Source: Eledone cirrhosa (lineage: Eukaryota). Taken from it: 64,000 nucleotides of DNA. The stretch's first letter is position 1, and every line of letters begins with the position of its first letter. The position numbers were made by a program, and so were the translations under genes. Positions 14,301-26,509 of this stretch are shown piece by piece. The notes under the pieces are model-generated. The model did not search any database. It saw only the letters and a list, made by a program, of their open reading frames with translations, and was not told where the DNA came from. The stretch covers positions 52,142,001-52,206,000 of the forward strand of contig OZ024749.1 of assembly GCA_964016885.1 (NCBI GenBank). Direction: 5' to 3'.

Positions 14301-17300
14301 AATTAAGTGTATACATGTGTATATATATATATAACACATACATATATAAGAAAGGTAAAACTGTACTCACCATCAATTTTGTTAGCAGCACATAAACATG
14401 GAATGTTAGGACGATGTTCTTGTAACTCTGTTAACCATTTGTTTAGGTTTTTATATGTTATTTTTCTAGTAGCATCAAATACCTAGGAAAGAAAGTAAGA
14501 ATATAGAAAGTGACCAAATCATTATCTTTTCCTTAGTCAGAAGATGGAACAACATTCATTGCTCTTGTAGCCCCTTCCCCGCCTTTTCCTTACAAAGGGG
14601 AAGTTGGTGTGTAGCCCCTTGTCAATTCTGATGAAGAGCAGGCTAGCTTATGATCAAAGCATTCCACCTTTCACTATCCTGTCATAGATAAGATGAGTTT
14701 TTAACTTTGAGGCAGTATTCTGTGGTTGGACACCTGTCTGAATCTCTGAGCTGCAGAAGTTGTGTTTATGCAGGACATAAACCAACACAGTTGCCTGCAC
14801 TAGTGACGTCAGATGCAAAGTGAAGACACAGAAACAAACACACATACACATGTGTGTGTGTGGTGACATCTTACTAAGAGGTGTGCATTTTATTGTGGCA
14901 CCAACACTAAAGTAATTCTTATGTTCTGGTCAGGACTAAAGAGGTTTCTTAACCCCTACATGAACAAGGGGATGAATAGGCCAGAGAGAGAGAGAGAATG
15001 TGCAATTACAGAAGATCCAGGCTGAATAGGTGAAGTGAGTGAGAGTACGATGGGAGAGGCAGTAGCAATGGTTTAATTGAAACTTACCATAATACAAGCA
15101 TGTGCCTGATGGTAATATGAACTGTGTAAGGTACTAAACCTTTCCTGACCAGCAGTATCCCAGAAATCTGTAACAAATCAACTCAGGTGTCAAGACAAAA
15201 ACTGTGCAATAAAGGAGAGAAAAAAAGAGTACTCAATATAAGATAGAGAGTTTTTATCTTATTTATTGAAAGTTAAAAACATTAATGACATTACTCAGAG
15301 TTCCACATTTTGTTGACCATAAGCAACTTTCATTCCTTGCTTCTGTAATACAATTTATTAAACAATAATTGGAGAAGTTTTTATTACATTCTTTCTACTT
15401 ACCTACAGATACCTTTTGTCCATCTAATTTCATTTTATAATTAAATGTTGTCACCGCATATGTGGATGATTGTTGTGGTTTGCTGAGTGTATATAAAGGA
15501 TAATAACATATTTACTTAGGTGACTAAAGTGCTTGTTTTTTCTCTATGCATAAATTGCACCTTTCTTAAGGAACACATATGGTACATTGTGAATATCGTA
15601 TATATAATGGAATATTGACTGATGTATCAGTATGACTCATACACAAGTATATACAGTGATTATATCTTTAAAACCCAATATCAACAGAAATTGTGACAAT
15701 AAATAAAAGGATACTATCCGTCAATTAAAAATCTTTCCATCAACCTGAAAAGATAAAGGAAGGTTCTAGAAGTTGATATTTACAAATTAGCTTAAAATTC
15801 ATAATCACCATCACCACGACTACAACTACTACTATCACAATCACAAATGTACATCTGACTTTATATATATACATATACACGTAGAGAGAGAGAGAGAGAG
15901 AGAGAGAGAAGGAACGTATTTAAGCAGCAAGATGCAGGCTCCTGGCGCAGCCGTGGGGTCAGCACTTCTGCTTGAGTACTGACCTGGTCTAGTACCTGAT
16001 CCTCCTCAATTCCCTCCTAACATTAAAAAATAAAAAGTTTTATAAAATGACAATATTGTTTCTGGGTTATTGCCCTTTATCAGGATTGTATATCTTGGGA
16101 AAGGGCAATAACCCAGGGAAAATATTTTTGTCATATTTTATATATTTTATAAAACCTTTTTAAAAAAAATGTTTTCTCCTTTTTTCAAAAATAACACTTT
16201 GTCGGATTAAAGAAAAAAAGATTATTTAAATATACGCCGAAATGGGGTTCCTCCGAAGGGTCTCTGGAGTAACGTTACTCGATAGAGTGCGTAGCTCGGA
16301 GATCAGAGAGTCACTCCACGTAGAGCCGTTCCCAAATGAGAGATCACAATTCTGATACTATGGACATGTAGTTAGAATGTCTCAGGGAAGAATCGCTGGA
16401 TAGATTTTATGGGAAACCCCAACAGGCAGGAGACCAACTCCGAGCAAGATAGTTGGATAACATCCACAAGTTTGGCTGGTCACGCTTGGGGATCCAACCT
16501 TATCAGTTGGAGTCGGTTGTTTCTGACAGGACCCGCTGGAAGGATTGTTTAAGGACTCTGCCCCCACGACCGTCTCAGGAATAAGTGAGCGAAGAAGAAG
16601 AATATATATAATTTTCTTTTCTCGTCCTTGACAATGCATAGTTTGGTAACAATTATCGATCATAACAGGACAATTGATTGTCCGTATTAAAATCATTTGT
16701 TTACTTAACCTGTGATTTGGCTTTTTGTTTTGTTTTCATTTATATTTGTATTTACATAATCCTCACGTCGTAGACAGCGTGTTATAACATCTTCCATGGA
16801 ACTTCTAACTTTATCGTATAATAATAACAATGATTTCTATTCTACTATAGGCACAAAGCCAACAATTTAGGGGCGGGGAAAGTTGATTAAATCGATCCTC
16901 AGTGCATTACCGGTGCTTTATTTTATCGACCCTTGTAAGGATGAAAGGCAAAGTTAACCTCGGTGGCAGTAATAATAATAATAATAATTGTTTCTACTTT
17001 TGGCACAAGGCCAGCAATTACCCAGTGCATTACTGGTACTTTATTTTATCAACCCCGTAAGGATGAAAGGCAAAGTCAACCTCGGCGGGATTTGAACGCA
17101 GATCGTAAAATCCCGCCGAGTAATAATAATAATAATAATAATAATGAAAAAAAATAATGAAATTATATGAAATAACAGTAAAAATCGCCAATAATTCAGA
17201 GTATATGTTTTCTCCCGTGTTTTTCTCTTTCCCTCTGATTAATTTCTATCGAGTTATCGCTTCTATAAATCATATCTATTATATAAATTGTGTTTATGTT

Positions 17301-17787
17301 GCAGTAAAATAATTTCCACGTCGGAGAGAAGATAATTTCCAACAGGGAAACTAATAAATACGTAATACGTTATATATATATAATATATATAGTTAATATA
17401 ACGAAGAAAGGAAAGCTTGGTGTTGTCATGGAAACAAGCACGTCGCTATATTTATTGATTATTAGCGATACATACACAGCTGAAAAGTAAACAAATAAAC
17501 TTAACTTATATATCATTAACAACAAATAAATATTACGTTAATAAATAGACAAATAAAAAAAGTGTATTTAGAAATGACAATATATTTTATAAATACATTT
17601 TGAAAAAAAAAATTTTTTTTTTAAAATAATATTTTAAAATCAATTCCTACTTGGATTTTCCTACAGCACTATCTCCGATACAAATAATTTTCACTTTAAT
17701 TTCTTCCGTTGTTGATTGTTTGTCGTCTTCACTATATGAACTGCTGTTGCGGTCCTTCTCTATGTCCACATCTTCTACATTCGCCAT
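11398..17787 (-). CDS. RABL2: Rab-like protein 2 (ciliary/IFT-associated small GTPase), 8 exons, 217 aa
   Basis: Exons 17787-17651, 15744-15715, 15482-15403, 15167-15088, 14482-14371, 13692-13595, 12663-12580, 11430-11398; all GT-AG, 654 nt, open frame. Motifs: KIICIGDSAVGKSKLMERFL (P-loop), DFWDTAGQERF, YYHQAHACIMVFD, ANKID, YFVSAANGTNVVKLF. No C-terminal prenylation cysteine, as expected for RABL2. Confidence 0.95.
12915..14310. mobile_element. Scattered LINE (RTE-like) fragments in RABL2 introns 5-6
   Basis: 13181-13516 (-) encodes RT C-terminal KTEMVV...VEKFKFLGTMFTSDG. ~13800-14230 (-) is endonuclease-like (GVGIFTS...WIPLGGRICLLKLRLK). Short plus-strand RT pieces lie at ~12915-13030 and ~14245-14308. 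RABL2 exon 6 sits between them. Confidence 0.7.
16033..16160. ncRNA. Degenerate hammerhead (minus strand) with an inverted partial duplicate
   Basis: Minus strand CTGATAA-AGGGCAATAACCCA-GAAA-CAATATTG-TC has palindromic stem III and a GUC triplet. The mirror arm AAAGGGCAATAACCCAG is on the plus strand. Confidence 0.5.
17422..17435. promoter_or_regulatory. RFX X-box in RABL2 intron 1
   Basis: GTTGTCATGGAAAC fits the X-box consensus GTTNYCATRGNAAC, about 350 bp downstream of the RABL2 ATG. Confidence 0.6.
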
Positions 17788-18171
17788 GGTCCACTCTGTC
17801 GCCGGCCAAACAAATTTATCGCAAAGCATGCTGGAAGCGGAAACTGAGGCGATGGATGTGGTTTCTTACAATAAAACACGTTCAACCCAAATACATTAAA
17901 TATAGCCATCGAAGATAATCAATATAAATCAATTGAAAACATGCTGGTAGTAATAATAAAAATGATCGATATCGAAATGTTGACGTTATTCGGAATAATG
18001 GTCAAGTGTTATATAGGTGCAGGCATGGCTGTCTGGTCAAAGGGTTTATTTCTCAACAATATGGTTATGGATTCAATCACCTTCGTCAAGTTTCTTCTAA
18101 TATATACCATATATTTATGTGTGAATGTACTTACATGGAAATGAGTCACGACACACGAGTGATGGCGTGAC

Positions 18172-18365
18172 CGAGGTGCTGGAATAGCTAAGCATACTCA
18201 TAAGCATCGCCTGATACTTCGGCAGTCCGGGTGATAGCGAGGCTAAGCTGCTGGAGCAGTCAAGTACTTTGATAAGCACCACTCGATACTTCAGTAAGGC
18301 CGAGTGAGAGCGAGGCTTAGGTGCTGGAGCAGCCAAGTACATTCACTAGTATCACCTGATACTTA
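18172..18365. repeat. Diverged ~72-bp CpG-rich triple repeat upstream of RABL2
   Basis: TGCTGGA recurs at 18177, 18249 and 18322, each followed by GATACTT; AGCGAGGCT is shared by two units. Confidence 0.7.
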
Positions 18366-18571
18366 GTTGTCGCTTGGAAGAAAATACATGACGTCGAGTG
18401 CTTAGGCCTAATTGCATCATCAATCCCTATTCATTGATCGGCGTGTTGCAAAGGTTAATTTTGCCTTTCATCCTTACGGGGTCGATAAAATAAAGTACCA
18501 GTAATGAACCGAGATAATTGTTTGCCTTGTGCCAGAAATAGAAACAATTATTATCGAAGTGTATATATATA

Positions 18572-18704
18572 CAGAATTAGCCGTCGAAACGGCTTGAGCT
18601 CAGCCGTCGGGTTCTTACTTGTTCCTATTACCCACTCTACTACCCTAAGTATTGAGTACTTTGGTGCGTTATGGTCCACCTGGTTCCTTACCACATTTCC
18701 TTCG

Positions 18705-18706
<2 letters not shown>
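18572..18706. mobile_element. (TA)n-embedded short element carrying the 3' half of a hammerhead (Penelope-like relic)
   Basis: Contains GTC-GAAA-CGGCTTGAGCTCAGCCG-TC-GGG. Related copies at 19284-19370, 43566-43753, 59393-59600 and 6391-6450 are all beside (TA)n or TA-rich microsatellite. Confidence 0.6.
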
Positions 18707-18784
<78 letters not shown>

Positions 18785-18913
18785 ATGATATTAATAAATG
18801 GAAACTATATTTATAAAACCATATTTATTCTATTATATATATTTCAAGGGTACCAAAACTTTGGTACGCTCTAGCGACATACCCAGGGTTCAGACTTTAA
18901 CGGTACAACTTCC

Positions 18914-18984
<71 letters not shown>

Positions 18985-19130
18985 TACTTTGGGAGGGTCA
19001 TGTTGCCAATAAGAAACACACGCACCAGTGCTTTCACTCCAATTTATTATAAATAAAATTTATAAATTTAAGAATTTATAAATTTCCGGTTGGTTGGTTG
19101 GTTCCACAACCGGACGGTTGTTCATATATT

Positions 19131-19173
19131 GTCAAAGTTCTTTCGTCACACATTCTGTGACTTCTTCAGTGAC
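19131..19173 (-). ncRNA. Minimal type I hammerhead ribozyme
   Basis: Minus strand reads GTCA-CTGAAGA-A-GTCACA-GAATG-TGTGAC-GAAA-GAACTT-TGAC: stem I GTCA/TGAC, perfect 6-bp stem II, very short stem III, CUU triplet. Confidence 0.7.
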
Positions 19174-19240
19174 TGGGGATTCTTTTCTTTGTTTTTGTGC
19201 CTCTCCTTTGTTTTGTCCTACGCCATCTTGTTTTTCTGTG

Positions 19241-19286
<46 letters not shown>

Positions 19287-19387
19287 CGAGGGAATTGTGG
19301 TAAGGAACCAGATGGACCATAACGCACCAAAGTACTCAATACTTAGTGTAGTAGAGTGGGTAATAGGAACATTATCTCTCTCTCTCA

Positions 19388-19427
<40 letters not shown>

Positions 19428-19436
19428 CTATATATA

Positions 19437-19552
<116 letters not shown>

Positions 19553-19712
19553 TCAGTCGGAGATGGTTGCTTCTGACAGGACCCACTTGAAGGAGTCTTT
19601 GAGTACTCTTCCCCCACGACCCTCTCAGGAATAAGTGGGCTTAGAAGAAGCTACTAATAAAAAATAAAATAAAATAAGTTATTTCTTTATTTATTTGAAT
19701 CAAGGCAGTCAT

Positions 19713-19773
<61 letters not shown>

Positions 19774-20002
19774 ATTCAATACATAAACTATATATATATG
19801 TTTTTGTTTTATATATGTATGTATATATATAGTTATGTAATAAACAACATAAGATAATTATTTCATTTACATAAATATCTGTCTTCAAGAAACCACTAGT
19901 AAATGAAATAATTATCTTATGTTGTTTATTACATAACTAAAAAGCTCTGTAGCCTACATAGAGCACTCTCTTTTCCTTTTACCTTTCCTACGGAAATACT
20001 TC

Positions 20003-20057
<55 letters not shown>

Positions 20058-20184
20058 AAGCCAGCTTTAGTGAAATATAAATATATATATGGCCAGGTGA
20101 AATATATATAAAGCCAGTTATTGTGAAATATAAATATATATATAGATAGCGCCAGCCATATTTCGTTTTTTTAACTGATTGTGA

Positions 20185-20232
20185 TCACATGACTTGTGAC
20201 GTCAGAGGCCAATTACAGTTGCCAAGATGGCC
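20185..20232 (+). promoter_or_regulatory. TAF9 proximal promoter motif cluster
   Basis: E-box TCACATGAC (20185-20193), perfect CRE TGACGTCA (20197-20204), CCAAT (20209-20213) and YY1-type CAAGATGGCC overlapping the ATG. Confidence 0.6.
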
Positions 20233-23200
20233 GTACCTAAAAGTACTCCGAGAGATGCTCAAGTCATGGCTGCTATTTTAAAAGATATGGGTGTTCAAGA
20301 ATACGAACCAAGGTGTATAAATCAAATGCTAGAATTCGCCTACCGTATGTAATGTTTAATTTATTATCACTGCTCTTAAACTCTCCATTTCCGCATCTTT
20401 ACTAGATGGCTATCGTTTGGCCTGAATCCTATACGCTATATAGAATAATAATAATAATGTTTCCTTTATTATTGTTTTGGCGCCAGTAGGTGATATTTTA
20501 AAAGTCTTTATCGTATTAACTATAGCAATTCCTGTTTTAATGTTGCTGTTACAACATAAAGAAATCATATTTTGTTTAGATTTCTATTTGGAATTAGTTT
20601 ATATATAATTAAAGGTAGTTTCTTGAAGGGGATCGGGAAGGAACCACAGTTACAAGTTACTCAATAAGTAAAGAAGATATATATCTATGTTATATAGAAA
20701 TTACGTCTACAGGACTAGGACTGTTTCATTCGTATGAAATCATCAAAATGTACATTCCTGATGATTTCATATGAAAGAAACGGTTCTAGTCCTGTGGAAG
20801 TCATATATAAAGCAGACATAAGTAAATAGAAATGATATCTCGATTTCGTTGTTCCTTAAAAGCTCAATGTGTATTTAAATTGATTAAGCTATTGGAGTGA
20901 ATCTTTCATAATAGATATCGAAATAAGAACGAAAATATCTCGCTATACTCACCGAATTCTTTGCGTATATACGCGTTAGGGTTTCGTTTAGTGTTAAATA
21001 CACAGAGGAGAGGAGCATGTGAAATGAATTTTGTGACTGTTTCAAGAATTGTCTATGATAGCCGCTACAGACATTAAATATTTCCCCAGTTTTTGTTTAC
21101 TGTTGAAAACCATTTATATGTGAAGTAAAAAGAAATTTTTTGTGTTTTAGTCGGGGTTTGAAATGGAAGCAGAAGTATGGTAAACTTTCGTACCAGTAAA
21201 TATTTTGTTGGGTTCTATACAATATTCGGACTAAATAATTGTTTTCAATTTAGGCACAAGGCCAACAATTTGGGGTGAGGGGAAAGTAGATTAGATTGAT
21301 TCCAGCGCGTTACTGGTACTTTATTTTATCGACTCCGCCTATAAGGATGAAAGGCAAAGCTAACTTCTGCGGGATTTGAACTCAGAATGAAAAGAGCCAG
21401 AAGAAATACAACTATACATTTGTCTGATGCCCTAACAATTCTGTCACCCCAGCGCCCTTATAACCCGACTAAATAATCATTTCTTTATTTAATAATAATG
21501 ATAATGAAACTTTTAGTCCTACTTAAAGACATAGAGCCAGTAAATTTTGTAGAGAGGGGAATGTAGATTAAACTGATACCAGTATTTCAGTGGTACTTTA
21601 TTTTACCTACCCTGATACTTGTCTGGCACTTTATTTCTGTTATTAGTACGTTGAGTTTAAGATCTTCATTATTCGTGTGCCTCTACCGATATGTTATCTT
21701 AGCCATTCTCTACAATGGCTGTTCCTTTAAAATAAAATTTAACCCTTTTGATACCAACCCACCTGAAACCAGCCCTCGTTTTGTAATACAAAACAGTTTA
21801 TATTTATTTAAAAACCTTCCATCATAATTTTATGTAAGAAACTTACGTCGGAGGTAGTATAAATATTTTATGGAAGCACATGGCTTAGTGGTTAGAGCAT
21901 TGGCCTTGCAATCGAAAGGTTGTGAGTTCAATTCTCAGACCGGGTGATGTGTTGTTTCCTTGAGCAAAACACTTTATTTCACATTGCTCCAGTTTACTCA
22001 GCTGTAGAAATGAGATGATAGGGACTGGCGTCCCTATCATTCCACTGCAAAGTGGTCGTGGAGGTGCCACAGCAAAAAAGCACCCAGCCCACACTGTAAA
22101 GTTTATGTGTAGGCGCCACGGAAAAAAAGTACCCAGCACTCACTGTAAATGAGATTGGTGTTAGAAAGGGCATCCAGCTGTAGAAATCAAGCCAGAATCT
22201 GGGAAAAGTGGACGTAAAATGAAATGAAAAGTTCCAATCACTAGCTTAACAATGAGAAAGTTATATTACTAAATCCTTCTAAATTCTTGATTATTTACAA
22301 TGATTTGAAAATCATAGTGTATTTCATTAGAAAGATTGTGCCAAGAGTTAAAACGTAATTAGATTAAAAGTTGTTTGGAACCTAGTGTGTGAAATGATTT
22401 ATAAATATGTTACTTCTACTTCAGGGTATGTTACTGATGTTCTGGATGATTCTAAAGTCTACTCTTCCCATGCAAGTAAAAAAAATATTGATGGAGATGA
22501 TGTCCGTCTTGCTATCCAATGTCGGATGGATCACACCTTTACGACTCCACCTCCTCGAGATGTAAGTTAATTCTCACAGTTTTATATTTAGAAATGAATT
22601 GTATTTGGCTTTAGTTTCTAATGAGATAATCAATGCTTACTGCATATCTGATGGCTGTGATGTTTCAGCAAAGCAAGTAGTATTTGCTATGTTTCTTTGA
22701 ACACTTGTAGCTATATTGTAAGAAAATTAATAAATCAACTTTATATATATATGCCAGTTGAAGGAAGACGTGGTAGAGGTAGACCACGAAAAACATGGGC
22801 GGAGGTGGTGAGAACAAATCACTGAAGCTCACGGTGGAGATGACGAAGGACCGTGACAAGTGGAGAGATGCTGTGCTGTCCCACCCTTGCAAGCAGGGAA
22901 GAGCGGACATAAAATGATGATATATATATATAATCATTTAACGTCCACACACACATATATATATATATATAAATTTGTGTGTGCGTGTGTACATATATAT
23001 ATATATTAGTAACTGATTCTGTGCCACTTTCTTCATTTCAATTGCCAACCAGCTTGTTTCTGTCTTTTGATATTCTAATTAGGATCTTTCTATTGTATAT
23101 TTATGAAACTTAATACTTAGAAGTGAATAAGATAGAAATTACAAGAATTTTGTTAAGGCTAAAATTAGGTTCAAATAAATATTTTTTTTGTTTTTCTCTT

Positions 23201-23634
23201 TTCAGTTGCTGATGGAGATTGTCCGGACCAAAAATTCTCAGCCTTTGCCTTTGATCAAACCATACTCAGGTCCTAGACTCCCTCCAGACAGATACTGTCT
23301 TACTGCTCCCAATTATAAGCTAAAAAGTACTAAAAAAGTAAGCACCTGCTTTTATTTCCACCATTGTTAGCAGGGAAGATGAGTGATAGTAGTGATATTA
23401 CTTAACCCTTTAGCATTTACCTTACTCTATGTATACTATTATATCTTCATGGTAAAGGGTTTATCTCACATAATATCGAATCTATGAGATTTTGATATTA
23501 TTTATTTTGTGAACAATACCTTAATATCAGTATGAGTGGCTGGTTAGAGCGGTGAGAGAATTCTAGCCGAATACAGCCAGTTTAAATGCTAAAGGGTTAA
23601 GGCACAAAAGATGTAAACATTGAACCATTATATG

Positions 23635-23666
<32 letters not shown>

Positions 23667-24939
23667 ATATAATGAAACTGTACAAGTTGAACACTTGGTA
23701 TGTTTTATTTATGTAAAAGTAAATCCTGTTATGTTATATTTCAGCACAAATTACCGATGAATCTTCCAGTGAATCAGTATTCTACAACACTTCCATCACA
23801 GAGGATTAGTTTAACACCATTACAGCAAAACATATCAGGTAAATACTTACTGTGTATTGTATTAATTTAACACTTGTACAGCAAAACATAAATATTTACC
23901 TGAGATATGTGTATCAAGTTTCATCAGCATAATGTAAATACTTATATGTCTTAACAGTAGATAATATGTGCTTCCATTTTACATACAATATTTACCATAT
24001 CTACTAGTGTATATGTAATAGCAGTAAAGTCACACCTCCATTTTACATACAATATTTACCATATTTACTAGTGTATATGTTATAGCTGTAAAGTCACACC
24101 TCCATTTTACATACAATATTTACCATATTTACTAGTGTATATGTTATAGCTGTAAAGTCACACCTCCATTTTCCATACAATATTTACAATGTATCGTATA
24201 TTTAAATTGAGACTTTGTTCATCCAGTAGGATAGATTTGAGAAAGCTTGTATTAGGTGTGTATGAAAAATAATTGGATTAATGATAATAGAGATAAGGAT
24301 TTCAATATGTTCGTTTTGTTTCCTATATTTTAGGCAAACTAGGGTCAAGTCTTGGTTTATCTGGTTCTGGGAACCCTACATTAACTGTAGTAACTAAGGG
24401 AGTCAGTTTACCAACAGTTACTATTGTCAGCAAACCTGTATCGACATCCAGTACTACAATCAGTCAGAAACCAACAATAAGAATTACTACAGGAGGTACA
24501 GTCCCCTTTTTTTAACCCTTTCATTATAATATTTCTAATGAAAGACTCTGTCTATGTCTTTAACCCTTTCATCACCATATTGGACTCACAATCATGAGGT
24601 TGTGGGTTCAATTTCTGAACTGGTTACTGCATTGTATCCTTGAGCAAGACATTTTATTTTATATTGCTCCAATAAACATAATACTTGTTTATATATATAT
24701 ATTTATTAAAATAACAGATTAAAGTTTAAGCAAAGAATCGCTGCTTTCACTCTTAACGGGATCTTCTGAAACTCAAAGATGTTTCAGAAGATCCTGTTTT
24801 GGCTGAAAACAGCGATTCTTTGCTTAAACTTTAATCTGTTATTTTAATAAATATTTGCTCTATGGGTTTTATATATATTTATATATATATAATCCTTATC
24901 GAGCCCTCTTCGGAGTTTAGTCTTCACATTTTTTATTAT

Positions 24940-24987
<48 letters not shown>

Positions 24988-25355
24988 ATATTTGTGTATA
25001 TATATATGTATGTGTATATATACACACACACATTTATCTATAGACATGTCATAAAGTTTGTTTGTTTATCATATTTGCAGGTCCTAAAGCAACCAGCAGC
25101 AACTCTAACATCCAGAGTGGTACTGGCAGTCAACACAGTCAAGTTACAATGAACACAACAAGCTGCCATGTAACTGGGAGCAGTATAGTTTCTAATCCAA
25201 GTATTATCTCAACTGGTGGAACATCTTTGGTCACTCCTCAGACCATTAACATTAACCCTCAACAAACTTCACAGATCGGTTCAACCATTCCAAATGTTGG
25301 AGGTAGTAACCCACTGAAAAGGAAGCTCCCTGATGATGATTATGATAAAGTTTGA
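20227..25355 (+). CDS. TAF9: TFIID subunit 9, 6 exons, 305 aa
   Basis: Exons 20227-20344, 22425-22561, 23206-23337, 23745-23838, 24334-24495, 25081-25355; GT-AG, 918 nt. Histone fold [41 protein letters not shown]..., conserved [27 protein letters not shown]-rich tail ending [13 protein letters not shown]. Exons 4-5 are supported by frame and splice sites rather than recognisable motifs. Confidence 0.93.
20706..20800. ncRNA. Inverted pair of degenerate hammerhead motifs in TAF9 intron 1
   Basis: Plus copy: CTGATGA-TTTCATATGAAA-GAAACGG...CTGTG-GAAG (GUG triplet). Minus copy: TTGATGA-TTTCATACGAAT-GAAACAG...CTGTA. The symmetry axis is AATGTACATT. Confidence 0.55.
21872..22228 (+). mobile_element. 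tRNA-derived SINE, family 1 (representative full copy)
   Basis: A-box TGGCTTAGTGG, B-box GAGTTCAATTCT, CCTTGAGCAA..CACTTTATTTCAC body and simple-repeat tail. Other copies at ~5801-5945 (+), ~7723-8105 (-), ~11808-12135 (-), ~28452-28660 (+) and ~42501-42840 (+). Confidence 0.85.
23402..23600 (+). mobile_element. piggyBac-like MITE, family A
   Basis: TTAACCCTTTAGCATTTA...TAAATGCTAAAGGGTTAA; internal sequence shared with 9232-9432. Confidence 0.8.
23973..24187 (+). repeat. 64-bp tandem repeat, ~3.3 copies, TAF9 intron 4
   Basis: CCATTTT(A/C)CATACAATATTTAC recurs at 23974, 24038, 24102 and 24166. Confidence 0.9.
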
Positions 25356-25417
25356 AACCCCATACATACATATATACATGCAGTATACATATACAGTATG
25401 TATATATAATATATATG

Positions 25418-25463
<46 letters not shown>

Positions 25464-25829
25464 CACATACATATATATATATGTGTACACACACATATAT
25501 ATATATATATATACATATGTATGTGTGTGTACTGTAGGTGTTTGGAGATACAAAAGGATGGCGAGAAGTCATGACTGTGTGAAGAGTTAGAATGTCTCTT
25601 GATACAGTTCAGGGTGGACTGCTCTGTGCAGTTTGGAAAGATATATGTAGCAGTCATAGCATCTACTGTATTAAGATATATATATACGCACACACTCACA
25701 CGCTTATATATATATATAAACATGTGGGGGAAAAAGGAAACAGAAAACATGGAAGACACAAACACAAGGACAATTCCCGCTCATCAGCTGTCTTCTGTGG
25801 ATCATTATTGTTTCAAATGCATAAAGACA

Positions 25830-25866
<37 letters not shown>

Positions 25867-26430
25867 GTTAGATATCATTTAGATTGTGTGTCCTTTTTAG
25901 TGATGGGTGAGCTAGAGTTGTATATTTACATATGTTTCAGAAGTGTTTTATGAAGGAAGATACATCACAATGTTTAAATTAAGAGGTGAAAGTTCACTTA
26001 TTATTTCACCTTCATATTAATTGTGTATATCATTACTGTTTTTTAAAACCTTTAAACACACTGATATATGTACCTACCTATACATGACGGCAATCACATG
26101 GACTCACAAGTCTTATGAAAGTCTATGACATTGAAACAAACCAAATTACAACTGAAAAAGCTTAATACAAGACTTTTATATATATTTTCTTTTAAATGTT
26201 TTGCATAAGATTTGAATATATGTAGCGCTTAACTATATGGCAGCAGAGAAAAGATGCTAAAGTCTTTTATAAATAATAATAAAACTTCTGTTTTTTTTTT
26301 CTTCTCAAATTATCAATCAAAATCTCTCTCCACTACAATTATTTCAATGTAATTTGGTGTATTTTTAAAGTATTTATCAATTGAAAATTCATTTTCAGTT
26401 TTTGGGTGATTATAAAAAAAAATTTTCTAC

Positions 26431-26509
<79 letters not shown>

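Noticed and set aside
21872-21945. tRNA gene
   Set aside because: The A/B boxes are the head of a multi-copy SINE and continue into the SINE body; no intact acceptor stem is seen.
23821-23890. Echo of the TAF9 exon-4 tail (TACAGCAAAACATA) in the following intron
   Set aside because: It is only 14 nt, AT-rich and lacks the donor, so it is too weak to count as a third junction duplication.
20227-25355. AK6 sharing the TAF9 locus as in vertebrates
   Set aside because: No adenylate-kinase-6-like exon was recognised in or after TAF9 in this window; absence was judged by eye only.
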